Made by a program: the position numbers and the translations under genes. Below are positions 45,710 through 54,619 of a DNA stretch of 64,000 nt, piece after piece (position 1 is the stretch's first letter; each line of letters opens with the position of its first letter). The notes under the pieces are model-generated. The model ran no database searches, was not told the origin of the DNA, and saw only the letters and a list, made by a program, of their open reading frames with translations. The DNA is from a virus. The stretch covers positions 375 to 64,374 of the IMG/VR virus record IMGVR_UViG_3300020060_000011. The stretch is one strand, 5' to 3'.

Positions 45710-45850
45710 GCGACGTAAGCCATTGTAGGACAAGCAAACCGGGTCCGGACAGGTCAGCACCTTCCCGCGGCCCGGCGCTTCGAGCTGCACGAGACTTCCA
45801 GGGGAGTCTGTGCACGCCATAACTGACCTTCAAGCGCAGCCAGGGACGAG

Positions 45851-48259
45851 GTGAGACTCGTGCTCCTGGGTGCTGCGCTACCGCTTACAAAAACCATCGC
45901 GTGCCGTGACGGCGCGTATGCGGTAGCACCTTACCCGCACGTCTCGAAGCTGACCAGCTTCCACGAGACGACGGATTCTCTGGCAGGTTTCCAATCGCTT
46001 CTTTCGAAGCACGCGGCCGAGGGGCATTGCCTCTTCAACGGCCAGCTGCAGCAACCGCTCGCCAACGAATCGCGCGCGGGCAAGACGCTCAAAGGCGCAC
46101 CGCGCGAGTGGGTGGTCTTCGACTTCGACAAGGTCGAGGCCAAGGACCACGCCGAGGTCGTACAGCGCTACCTCCCGGCCGAGTGCCAGGGCGTGAGCTA
46201 CGTCGCGCAGCATTCCGCGTCGATGTTCAAACCCGGCACCGCCGCGTGGTCCGGCCACGTGTTCATGTTGTTGAAAGAGCCGTCAACGGAACTGCAGCTG
46301 CGCGAGTGGTTCGAGGCTCTGAATTTCACGATCCCATCACTCAGCGAGGGCTTGGCGCTGACGGACTCCGGTCTCGGCCTGCACTGGCCCCTCGACCGCA
46401 GTGCCGCCTACGACTCGAAGCTGATCTACATCGCTCCGCCGCGCATGCACGGCTTCACGCCGGCCATCGATCCGAAGCAGGCGATCCAGCTGGTCAAGAA
46501 GAAACAGTCGCACCTGAAGCTGCCGGCGTTCAAGCCGGTGACCAAGCGCGAGATCGAAGACCGCATCAACGACCTGCGCAAGGACGCCGGGCTCGAAGCC
46601 AAAGACTTCCGCTCCCGTCCGTTCGAGGACGGCGAGATCCTGATCGAAGCCGAGGAGGGCGTCATCACCGGTGTCCGTCCGATGGGCGAGCACTACATCA
46701 AGTTCAACCTGAACGGTGGCGACTCACTCGGCTACTGGATTGACCTGCGCAATCCCTCGGTCATCAAGAACTTCAAGGGCGAGCCGTGGCTCTTGACCCA
46801 GCAGGTCGATGAGAAGTTCTACAAGCAGCTAAGTAAAACCGCCTCACGCGTCATCTCGCGTCCGCCGATCGGCGAGGGCACCGAGGTGCTGGCGTTCTAC
46901 GCCACGAACCAGAACTCGCGCATCAAGATCGGCCTCTTCGAGCCCGTCGTCTCGAAACTGACGATCAACACCTCGACCGAGACCGCAGCGCGCTCCTGGC
47001 TCGCCGAGTTCGGTGTCATCGGCGGCGGCTTCCTGCCGCACGTCGACATCACCTTCGATCCGACCTCCGACATCCAGTACGTGCCGAACGGCACGTTCCT
47101 CAACACCTTCGCGCCGACGCCGTATATGAAAGCCGACAAGACCAGCGACACGCCGTCGACGCTGCAAGAGCTGCCGGCGGTGATCAACAAGCTCCTGTTC
47201 TCCGTGCTCGGCAATCCGACACCGGAGGTGTACACGCACTTCATCAACTGGCTCGCGTTCATTTTCCAGACGCGCCAGAAGAGCGAAACGGCGTGGGTAA
47301 TTTCGGGAAGAACTGGAACTGGGAAGGGCACGTTCGTCAAGCACGTGCTGCGCCCGCTATTCGGCACCGACGTCGTCAAGAACGTGCAGTACACGGCGCT
47401 GAACAACGAGTTCAACGGGTACCTCGAGTCCTCGATCTTCGTCGTCTTCGAAGAGTGCGATACCAAGGCGGTCGCGAACGGCGCGGAATTGAGCGCGAAG
47501 CTCAACCACTACGTGACCGACTCGCCGATCCAGATCCGGCGCATGCAGACCGACCACTACGAAACGCCGAACTACAGCAATTTCTTCTTCTTCACCAACA
47601 AGCACACGCCGGTCGAGATCACCAAGGACAACCGCCGCTACAACATCGCTGAGCGGCAGGAACAACAGATCTTTTTCACGCCGAACGAGATCTTGTCGCT
47701 GCAACGCGGCACCGAGCTCGACCGCTTCGCCGACGTGCTCAAGCGTTGGCCGGTAAACGAAGCCGCCGTGCGCCGGATCATCACGACGCAGGCGAGCGAG
47801 GACATGCACGAGGCGACGACCTCGATCAACCAGCAGATTGCAGACGCCATCGGCCAAGGCAACCTGCAGTTCTTCCTCGATCGCATTCCGTCGAACGAAG
47901 AGGCGAGCGCGGACTTCTTCAACCGGTTCAATCCGCTCGGGCTCTTGAAGCCGAAGCTCGATGCGTACATCGGCGCGGCCAGCAAGGGCGAGTCGATGCT
48001 GCTGAAGGAAGACACGGACCTCTTCGTCCTCTTCCGCGCGCTGATTCCGGACCTTCGTTATTTCCAGGATTCGAAGACCTGGCGCCGGCGGCACTACAAG
48101 TCGCTCGGGCTTGATATCGACAAGAAGCACCGCGTGCCCGGCACGTGGGACAAGCAGGCGCGCGGCGTGCTGGTGCAGTGGAAATTGCCGGCTGGCGCGA
48201 GCGTACCGGACCCGACGGGGAAAGTCGTCGAGATGAAGAAACGGAGAAAAGCCCAATGA
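45851..48259 (+). CDS. primase(-polymerase) fused to SF3/DUF5906-type helicase
   Basis: N-terminal VFDFD and HVF motifs; Walker A GRTGTGKGT, Walker B VFEE, DNRRYNI. Confidence 0.85.
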   Translation: MRLVLLGAALPLTKTIACRDGAYAVAPYPHVSKLTSFHETTDSLAGFQSLLSKHAAEGHCLFNGQLQQPLANESRAGKTLKGAPREWVVFDFDKVEAKDHAEVVQRYLPAECQGVSYVAQHSASMFKPGTAAWSGHVFMLLKEPSTELQLREWFEALNFTIPSLSEGLALTDSGLGLHWPLDRSAAYDSKLIYIAPPRMHGFTPAIDPKQAIQLVKKKQSHLKLPAFKPVTKREIEDRINDLRKDAGLEAKDFRSRPFEDGEILIEAEEGVITGVRPMGEHYIKFNLNGGDSLGYWIDLRNPSVIKNFKGEPWLLTQQVDEKFYKQLSKTASRVISRPPIGEGTEVLAFYATNQNSRIKIGLFEPVVSKLTINTSTETAARSWLAEFGVIGGGFLPHVDITFDPTSDIQYVPNGTFLNTFAPTPYMKADKTSDTPSTLQELPAVINKLLFSVLGNPTPEVYTHFINWLAFIFQTRQKSETAWVISGRTGTGKGTFVKHVLRPLFGTDVVKNVQYTALNNEFNGYLESSIFVVFEECDTKAVANGAELSAKLNHYVTDSPIQIRRMQTDHYETPNYSNFFFFTNKHTPVEITKDNRRYNIAERQEQQIFFTPNEILSLQRGTELDRFADVLKRWPVNEAAVRRIITTQASEDMHEATTSINQQIADAIGQGNLQFFLDRIPSNEEASADFFNRFNPLGLLKPKLDAYIGAASKGESMLLKEDTDLFVLFRALIPDLRYFQDSKTWRRRHYKSLGLDIDKKHRVPGTWDKQARGVLVQWKLPAGASVPDPTGKVVEMKKRRKAQ

Positions 48260-48561
48260 ACGAAGCCGTAGTGAACGTATTGAAACGAAGCCGCGAGCTT
48301 CTTAGTGACCGCTCGAAGTGGACTCGCGACCGGTTTGCGCGAGACGGCGAAGGCCGTCCTGTGAGCCCGACGCACGAGTCGGCCGTTTGCTTCTGCGCAT
48401 TAGGTGCAGTAGTGAAATTCGCCGTCACAAAGGACGTTGAAAAACTGGCGCGAAGAGCGCTCGAAACAGTCGTAGGCAACGTTACAAAGGTCAACGACGA
48501 ACGTACCCACGCTGAGATGCTTGGAATGTTCGACAAGGCTATTGCCGAGGCGTCGTCATGA
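48256..48561 (+). CDS. DUF6197-like protein
   Basis: KWT...ARD..G.......AVCFCALGA...ND...H...L..FDKAI pattern. Confidence 0.7.
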   Translation: MNEAVVNVLKRSRELLSDRSKWTRDRFARDGEGRPVSPTHESAVCFCALGAVVKFAVTKDVEKLARRALETVVGNVTKVNDERTHAEMLGMFDKAIAEASS

Positions 48562-48782
48562 CCATGTTCGAACGCACTCCCAAGACGCCCCGCTCCGAGC
48601 TACGCAGCATGGAGCACGAGTGGCGGCGTAAGCAGCACACCGTCTACGTACCGCAGCCAACGCTCACCGCACGCGCACTGACCGGCGTCGCAACGCTGAT
48701 CGGCACACACCCGGCGTGGTGTTTCGTCGCCGTGTGCGGCAGCGCGTATGTCGCGGGAATTATGACGGGAGCGGTGTTGTGA
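48558..48782 (+). CDS. small protein with C-terminal TM segment
   Basis: 74 aa, coupled. Confidence 0.55.
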   Translation: MTMFERTPKTPRSELRSMEHEWRRKQHTVYVPQPTLTARALTGVATLIGTHPAWCFVAVCGSAYVAGIMTGAVL

Positions 48783-48940
48783 TTCTGGATCGCCTTGCTC
48801 AAGCGGTTCGTGAAGGGCTTATTCGTCCTGCGTTCGATAGCAACGCTGGCACCGACGTAAATGCCATCGTTGTCGTGAGCAGCGAAAACTTCAAAGCTCT
48901 CCAGCAAAACGAAGATCCGAACTGGGAGCCGATCGAATGA
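48779..48940 (+). CDS. small hypothetical protein
   Basis: GTGA/ATGA coupling; 53 aa. Confidence 0.5.
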   Translation: MILDRLAQAVREGLIRPAFDSNAGTDVNAIVVVSSENFKALQQNEDPNWEPIE

Positions 48941-49644
48941 CCAACCTCGCCCTCCCCAACTGGTCCTTCTCCAAGCTGGTCAAGTACGAAGCATGCCCGC
49001 TCCAGTTCAAGTTCTCGGCGATCGACCGCATCCCCGAGCCGCCACGTCCGGCGGACAACCCGCTCGAGCGCGGCAACCGTGTGCACGATCACCTCGAGCG
49101 TTTCGTCAAGGGGGAAGTGCCGTCGCTGTCGGGCTGCGAAGCGAAAGCGATCACCAAGTTCGAGCCGCTGCTGCAGCACGCACGCGATCTCTACGCCGAC
49201 GGCATGGCCTCGGTCGAAGAGAACTGGCTGTTCGACGAGAACTGGTCCGAGTGCAATCGCGACAACGTGTGGCTGTGGTCGAAGCTGGATTTGAACGTGC
49301 GCGACCAGGTCAATCCAGTAACGATCGCGGTCGACTATAAAACGGGCAAAAGCGCGTACAAGGCCGTCGATCATATCCAGCAGATGCAGCTCTACGCCGC
49401 TGCGGCTGCGATCCGCCAGGAATGGGCGGAGACCGTCATCGTCGAATTGTTTTACGTCGACGAAGGCCACGTAAAGCAGGTCGTTTACTCGCGCGAAGAA
49501 GCATTGCGCTTCGTCGGCCGCTTCGACATGCGCGCAAAACGCATTTACGCCGACCGTCATTTTCGACCCAATCCGAACAAGGTGACGTGTAGGTACTGCG
49601 CTTACTCACCTAGGGGCAATGGTCATTGCCCAGTGGGCGTGTAG
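48937..49644 (+). CDS. PD-(D/E)XK Cas4/RecB-like exonuclease with Fe-S-type cysteines
   Basis: WSFSKL..YEACP, GNRVH, KLD...VDYKTG, QMQLYA, C.YC.Y...CP. Confidence 0.88.
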   Translation: MTNLALPNWSFSKLVKYEACPLQFKFSAIDRIPEPPRPADNPLERGNRVHDHLERFVKGEVPSLSGCEAKAITKFEPLLQHARDLYADGMASVEENWLFDENWSECNRDNVWLWSKLDLNVRDQVNPVTIAVDYKTGKSAYKAVDHIQQMQLYAAAAAIRQEWAETVIVELFYVDEGHVKQVVYSREEALRFVGRFDMRAKRIYADRHFRPNPNKVTCRYCAYSPRGNGHCPVGV

Positions 49645-49646
49645 CT

Positions 49647-49802
49647 GTGTTTATTTTCCCTTGCCCAATTGATGCGCCCGAAGGTTACGACGGTCCACTA
49701 ATTCCCGAGCGTCGTGGCAACGAGGTTCCTTACTACGTCCTCGTTCCCGCCGACCCAGAAAAGTTCGGCGTGCTCGTAGTCGACACAGGAGAACCATCAT
49801 GA
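49647..49802 (+). CDS. small hypothetical protein (MFIFPCPIDAPEG...)
   Basis: 51-aa ORF filling the gap, ATGA overlap with the next gene. Confidence 0.4.
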   Translation: MFIFPCPIDAPEGYDGPLIPERRGNEVPYYVLVPADPEKFGVLVVDTGEPS

Positions 49803-50023
49803 AACGCAATTCCCTAGCTGTTGCCGCTCTCGCGGCCATCGCCGGTGTCGCCGGTATTGGCTCGCTGCCCGTCGATCATAGATCGATAGCGCGCGATGCG
49901 TTCTACCGCCGCAATCTGCGCGGCCCGAACCGTGGCCTGAATCATCAGCGTCGCCCGGCGAAGGTGCGTGCTCAGCGCCGTACGGCGCGCAAGGCGCGGA
50001 AGCTCAACGCACGAGGTTGGTGA
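49799..50023 (+). CDS. small Arg-rich protein with hydrophobic N-terminus
   Basis: GGAGAACCATC RBS. Confidence 0.6.
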   Translation: MKRNSLAVAALAAIAGVAGIGSLPVDHRSIARDAFYRRNLRGPNRGLNHQRRPAKVRAQRRTARKARKLNARGW

Positions 50024-50024
50024 T

Positions 50025-50177
50025 ATGTCGGAAACGTCCCGCGACGTATTCACTGTGCGTTTACCGCTCGATCTAGCTGAGCGGATAAAAGCTGCAGCGG
50101 AGAAGGACTACGTGAGCATGAACGCGATTATCACGTTGGCGCTTCGCGCGCATTTTTACAACGAGGCACCGAAATGA
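50025..50177 (+). CDS. Arc/RHH-family DNA-binding protein
   Basis: FTVRLPLDLAERIKAAAEKDYVSMNAIITLAL. Confidence 0.8.
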   Translation: MSETSRDVFTVRLPLDLAERIKAAAEKDYVSMNAIITLALRAHFYNEAPK

Positions 50178-50386
50178 CCCAGCAGCAGATCCGCATCGAC
50201 GGCGAGATCGACGCGTGCAAGTGCGGGCGTCAGCCCAAGCACTACCACGAGCGCGGCCGTAACCGGCACTTCCTCGAATGTTCGCCGTGCAACGTGCGCA
50301 CGGCGAAGTGCGACACGTTTCAGGAAGCGGTCGAGGCATGGGAAGGGCAGAAGACCGAGATTTTCGTTTCGCGGAGGGCGGCATGA
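50174..50386 (+). CDS. Lar-like (restriction alleviation family) zinc-ribbon protein
   Basis: CKCG..P....LECSPC......EAVEAWE. Confidence 0.6.
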   Translation: MTQQQIRIDGEIDACKCGRQPKHYHERGRNRHFLECSPCNVRTAKCDTFQEAVEAWEGQKTEIFVSRRAA

Positions 50387-50754
50387 ATACGAAACGTCTG
50401 AAAATCATCGCGCAATGGCTCGAAGCTGGCGCACCGCATAAAGGCGACGTTGCTGGTTTCGATATGCGCCATGTGCAGACCGAAGCGGCGTGCGGAACAT
50501 TGTGCTGCATCGCAGGTGCAGCGATTCATTTCTTCGGGACCAGAGAAGAGAGGACGAGCGTTTTCTCAGACCCTGCGGGCCCTCTTTTAGGGCTCGACCA
50601 GGAAGACGCCGATGAACTTTTCTGTCCTGTCGGCTACGACACCGTCGATGACGGTATGGACGGGCGCTATGGCGCTGCGCACGCAGCACGCTGCATACGC
50701 AATTTGATCACGACGGGTGTCGTCGACTGGCGCGGTACGGAGCTTGCCGAATGA
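50383..50754 (+). CDS. hypothetical protein (CGT.CCIAG family)
   Basis: FDM......CGTLCCIAGAA...LGL..EDA..LF pattern common in phage. Confidence 0.7.
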   Translation: MNTKRLKIIAQWLEAGAPHKGDVAGFDMRHVQTEAACGTLCCIAGAAIHFFGTREERTSVFSDPAGPLLGLDQEDADELFCPVGYDTVDDGMDGRYGAAHAARCIRNLITTGVVDWRGTELAE

Positions 50755-50975
50755 ACACCTACGCCATCGCCTACGGCGTCATCTCTGCGCTCGTCATCGT
50801 CGCTCTCTGGGTTGAGCTGTGGCGCCTGCAGCGTGACTACGACCGCGCGCTGAAGCTCGCTGATGTGTGGGAAACCGAGGCGCGGCTGCTGCTCGCCCGG
50901 CATGAGCCGGGCACGTCGATCGACTACGAGCTGGCGCGCGTGCGCGTGACGCTGGATATGGAAAACGCTGCGTGA
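50751..50975 (+). CDS. small N-terminal TM protein
   Basis: 74 aa, coupled. Confidence 0.6.
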   Translation: MNTYAIAYGVISALVIVALWVELWRLQRDYDRALKLADVWETEARLLLARHEPGTSIDYELARVRVTLDMENAA

Positions 50976-51177
50976 AGCTCACCGCCGACCAGCGTGAGTC
51001 GTTGTACGAACTGACGTTCTGCACCGGACGTCCGACCGTCGACACCGCGCGGCTCGTCGAGCTCGGCCTTGTCGAACAGGGTAAAGGGCGCTTCGGCTTC
51101 TACGTCCGCATCACGGCGAAGGGCAGGGCGCTTACGAATACGTGGTCTTCAACGAACTCGGACATGACGTCCGATAG
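50972..51177 (+). CDS. small winged-helix-like protein with apparent -1 frameshift near 51132
   Basis: LVELGLVE...YVRITAKGRAL; good codon usage continues in the -1 frame (YEYVVFNELGHDVR*). Confidence 0.5.
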
Positions 51178-51650
51178 GGGCGATAGGGCTGCCTCCGGAG
51201 TGCTCGCCGCCGCAAAGGGCGAGTCTATTTCTACGCCGGTGGCACGCGCGCCGCACCCGTCTTTTCCCCCTCCCGTCGGGAATGTTAGCGGCGTGTCATC
51301 GGCTCCAAACACCTCCGATAGCGGCCTCGGAGTGGCTGGTAACAGCCGATGCGTTTCACGAGGCGCGGTGCCTCGTAGAGGCCGCGCCGCCGCGATCCAA
51401 GCGAAGCCGTCGCCACCGCGCGACGATGCGCAACGCCGCCACCAGGCTCCCAGCGGTATCGCTGCAAGTGGGAGCGTCACTTACCCCGATCGAAGCCGCC
51501 GCTGTGGCAACAGCCTGATCCCCCCGGCTTCGACGACTCCGCTGCGCTCGGCAGCGATCTGTCGTGAGACATCAAATGCGAGTAACGCCGCACCGAGCCC
51601 TCTTTCTCCCAACGCTGTGCGCGTCGTACTCGGTACGCGCTGCGTTTTCT
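51177..51650 (+). ncRNA. candidate large structured non-coding RNA
   Basis: about 10 nested helices, GNRA loops, a 5'/3' closing stem and a terminator-like end. Confidence 0.5.
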
Positions 51651-51677
51651 ACCCTCTTGGCATGTTCGAGACCCTAC

Positions 51678-53093
51678 ATGGCACGAAGCAGCGCTGCTAC
51701 ACCGCTCACCGGTTCTACCGTACCTACGCCTTGGCCGCATCAGACAAAGTCGATATCGTTTTTTAAGACGCGGCCGTGCGGTTTCGATTTCAGCTCACCT
51801 GGAACCGGCAAGACGCGAGCGCAGATCGAAATCTACGCGCAACGCAAGCCGCGCGGCCGGTGCCTCGTGGTCTGCCCGAAGACGCTGATGCTGAGCGCGT
51901 GGGGGCTCGACATCGAGCGCTTCGCGCCGGAGCTGACGTTCTCGATCGCAAGTGCAGAACAGCGTGAGCAAGCGTTCACGATCAGCACCGATGTCGTGAT
52001 TCTCAACACCGACGGTGTGCGCTGGCTGGCCGACAAGAAGCACCCGAAACGGATGGCGCTGTTGAAAGGCTTCGATCATTTGATCGTTGATGAATCGACC
52101 GCCTACAAAGAACCGAACTCGCAGCGATCGAAAGCGATGGTCAAGGTGTCGAGGTGCTTCACGCATCGCTACCTCATGACCGGCACGCCGAATCCGAACA
52201 GCGTAACGGAGCTATGGAACCAGGCGTTCATCGTCGACGGCGGTAAGCGCCTCGGCGAGTCGTACTACAAGTTCCGCAACGCAGCGCAAGTCCCGACGCA
52301 AATAGGTCCGGGCACACAGCATCTTCGCTGGGACGACAAGCCCGGCATCGCGCCGGTCGTCGATGAGCTGATCCGCGACATAACTATACGGCACGCGTTC
52401 GAGGACGTGATGACGCACGTCCCTGCGAACTTTCGCGAGACCAAGGCGTTCACGCTCAACAAGAAAACCAAGGCGCTCTACGATCAGATGGAAGCCTCGG
52501 CGATCATCGAGCTCGGCGAGAAGGTCATCAGCGCCGTACACGCCGCGTCGATCCGCACAAAGATTTTACAAATTGCGAGTGGCGCATTATACACAGGTGC
52601 AGAAGACGGCGGTTACGAAGTCGTCGACCGACAACGTTACGAGCTGATCGCTGAGATCGTTGCCGAACGCGCGCACTCGTTGGTGTTCTTCAACTGGCGC
52701 CATCAGCGCGACGAGCTAGTAACCGAGTTCAAGAAAGCCGGGATCACCTACGCGGTGATCGACGGCTCAGTCACGGCACACGGCGCGCGCGAAGCCGTCG
52801 TTGCCGACTACCAGGCTGGCAAGTACCAAACGCTGCTGCTGCATCCGCGGACTGGTGCGCACGGACTGACGCTAACGTGCGGCACGACGACGATCATCGC
52901 GTCGCCGATCTACGAGGCAGATCTGTTGCAGCAGGCGATCGCGCGGATACACCGCGGCGGTCAGACCAAAGTAACCAACACGATTCTCGTTCGCGCCGAG
53001 GGCACGGTCGAGGAGCTGGTGTACGACAAGCTCTTCGGCAAAGAAGCACGGATGGGCGATTTGCTCGGACTGCTCAAAGCGAGGAAGAAATGA
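51678..53093 (+). CDS. SNF2-family (SF2) helicase
   Basis: PWPHQ, SPGTGKT, LIVDEST, LMTGTP, HGLTLT, QAIARIHRGGQ. Confidence 0.92.
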   Translation: MARSSAATPLTGSTVPTPWPHQTKSISFFKTRPCGFDFSSPGTGKTRAQIEIYAQRKPRGRCLVVCPKTLMLSAWGLDIERFAPELTFSIASAEQREQAFTISTDVVILNTDGVRWLADKKHPKRMALLKGFDHLIVDESTAYKEPNSQRSKAMVKVSRCFTHRYLMTGTPNPNSVTELWNQAFIVDGGKRLGESYYKFRNAAQVPTQIGPGTQHLRWDDKPGIAPVVDELIRDITIRHAFEDVMTHVPANFRETKAFTLNKKTKALYDQMEASAIIELGEKVISAVHAASIRTKILQIASGALYTGAEDGGYEVVDRQRYELIAEIVAERAHSLVFFNWRHQRDELVTEFKKAGITYAVIDGSVTAHGAREAVVADYQAGKYQTLLLHPRTGAHGLTLTCGTTTIIASPIYEADLLQQAIARIHRGGQTKVTNTILVRAEGTVEELVYDKLFGKEARMGDLLGLLKARKK

Positions 53094-53422
53094 AGCTCTA
53101 TCGCTACGACGATCGTATCTACGCATGCATCGTCGACGCCGAGCGAGAACTTTGGGGTACGACGACACCGAAGCTCGTGCTTTCAGAGTTCGAAGTTCTA
53201 AAGCGCACTCGATGCGGCGCGTGGATCGTCGACGCTATCGGGCATCGCCGCTTCGTCAACCTCGAAGCTAGCAAGCGGTATGCGTGCCCATCAGCAGAGT
53301 CGGCGATGGAGTCCTTCGTAATGCGCAAACGCCGGCAAATTAGAATTCTTAGAGCGAAGTTGGTGCGCGCCGAGCAAGTAATGGCGCTAACGCAGAACAT
53401 CCACAAGGTGCTCATAGCGTGA
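53090..53422 (+). CDS. hypothetical protein
   Basis: 110 aa, ATGA coupling. Confidence 0.65.
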   Translation: MKLYRYDDRIYACIVDAERELWGTTTPKLVLSEFEVLKRTRCGAWIVDAIGHRRFVNLEASKRYACPSAESAMESFVMRKRRQIRILRAKLVRAEQVMALTQNIHKVLIA

Positions 53423-53459
53423 ACTTGTTGCGGCTACTAACGACAACCCGGAGAGGGAA

Positions 53460-54137
53460 ATGAAATTCGAAATTAAGAATCGCGGGACGGGCGAGATCCT
53501 GTTCGTTTGTGAGATGACCGCAGAAGTCGCCGGCCGGAGCTATGCATTTCAACTTGGCTTTGCTGTAAAGCAAGCTGTCCTAAGTTCCGCGAACCTCCGC
53601 GGCGCGAACCTCCGCGGCGCGGACCTCGGCGGCGCGAACCTCCGCAGCGCGAACCTCCGCAGCGCGAACCTCCGCGGCGCGGACCTCGGCGGCGCGGACC
53701 TCGGCGGCGCGGACCTCGGCGGCGCGAACCTCGGCGGCGCGAACCTCGGCGGCGCGGACCTCGGCGGCGCGAACCTCCGCAGCGCGAACCTCGGCGGCGC
53801 GCTGAATAGTGAATTAGCGGTTGCGATGACTCGTATTCTTCCGGAAGGTGAACTGATCGGCTGGAAGAAGTGCAAAGACGACGTCATCGTCAAGTTGCGC
53901 ATTCCGGCCGAAGCGAAGCGGTCGTCCGCATTCGGTCGTAAATGCCGCGCCGAGTACGTCGATGTGCTCGAAGTTTTCGGCACCGAAATGGGCGTCACGC
54001 AGGTGCATGGCCCGCGTACAGAGTATCGCGCTGGTGAACGCGTGGTACCCGATTCGTTCGACGATAATTTTCAGGACGAGTGCTCGCACGGTATCCACTT
54101 CTTCATCACGCGCGCCGAGGCCGAGGCGTACGACTAG
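53460..54137 (+). CDS. pentapeptide-repeat protein with DUF5758-like C-terminus
   Basis: A(N/D)L(R/G)(G/S) repeats; IGWKKC...KCRA...CSHGIHFF. Confidence 0.9.
   Translation: MKFEIKNRGTGEILFVCEMTAEVAGRSYAFQLGFAVKQAVLSSANLRGANLRGADLGGANLRSANLRSANLRGADLGGADLGGADLGGANLGGANLGGADLGGANLRSANLGGALNSELAVAMTRILPEGELIGWKKCKDDVIVKLRIPAEAKRSSAFGRKCRAEYVDVLEVFGTEMGVTQVHGPRTEYRAGERVVPDSFDDNFQDECSHGIHFFITRAEAEAYD
53587..53790 (+). repeat. 15-bp coding tandem repeat (GCG(A/G)ACCTC(C/G)GC(G/A)GC)
   Basis: encodes the pentapeptide repeats. Confidence 0.9.
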
Positions 54138-54514
54138 TGAGCCTCCCGGCATACACGCGAATGCTCGCGAAAGTCCGCATCTGCGAGACGACGGGCTGCT
54201 GGCTGTTCGAAGGTGCGCTGGATCAGAACGGCCACGGCAACGTGTACGTCAAGCGCGCCGATGGCCGGAAGGGATGCGACAAGGCGCACAAGGTGTCGTA
54301 CGAGCATCACCACGGCCCGGTGCCGCCGGGCAAGGTGCTGCGCCATACCTGCGACGTTCGCAACTGCGTGTTCGACGATCACCTGATCCTCGGCACGCAG
54401 CTTCAGAACGTGCGCGACATGATCGAGCGGAACCGTGCGGCGAACCAGTACGGACCGTACACCGGGTTCGTCGAAGCGTCGGAATCGCTCGACAACGATA
54501 TTTGCCCGTTCTGA
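54137..54514 (+). CDS. HNH endonuclease
   Basis: GCW.F.G...G.G...AHKVSY..HHG....VLRHTCD.RNCV..HL..GT...N..DM. Confidence 0.88.
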   Translation: MSLPAYTRMLAKVRICETTGCWLFEGALDQNGHGNVYVKRADGRKGCDKAHKVSYEHHHGPVPPGKVLRHTCDVRNCVFDDHLILGTQLQNVRDMIERNRAANQYGPYTGFVEASESLDNDICPF

Positions 54515-54526
54515 CGAGGAAACGAA

Positions 54527-54619
54527 ATGAATGGTCCATCCGAAGAATTTTGGGACGCACTTGGTTTCGCCTTGGTCATTATCGCTTTCGCGGTATTGGT
54601 TAAGAGCTGCTCGGCATGA
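54527..54619 (+). CDS. 30-aa single-TM protein
   Basis: GAGGA RBS; LGFALVIIAFAVLV; ATGA coupling. Confidence 0.5.
   Translation: MNGPSEEFWDALGFALVIIAFAVLVKSCSA

Noticed and set aside
42576-45710. Integrase segment as a separate element inserted into a phage tRNA gene
   Set aside because: No tRNA 3' half or duplicated core found at the left boundary (42576-42700)
45728-45760. GCAAACC motif suggesting a c-di-GMP-I riboswitch
   Set aside because: The partner GCAAAGC/GAAA elements are missing
48937-49644. Cas4-like gene as evidence of a CRISPR system
   Set aside because: No array or other cas genes; stand-alone Cas4-like nucleases are routine in this type of replication module
51330-51350. 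GGCTGGTAACAG similar to an RNase P peripheral hairpin
   Set aside because: RNase P core motifs (GAGGAAAGTCC and the P4 partner) are absent
51525-51566. CTTCGACGACTCC resembling the group I intron R element, and a domain-V-like AGC...GCAA hairpin
   Set aside because: No room for P3' between the putative P7 strands, no S consensus, no flanking split exon; the DV-like bulge is too large
53587-53790. Regular 15-bp repeats resembling a CRISPR or VNTR
   Set aside because: No unique spacers; they encode pentapeptide repeats in frame
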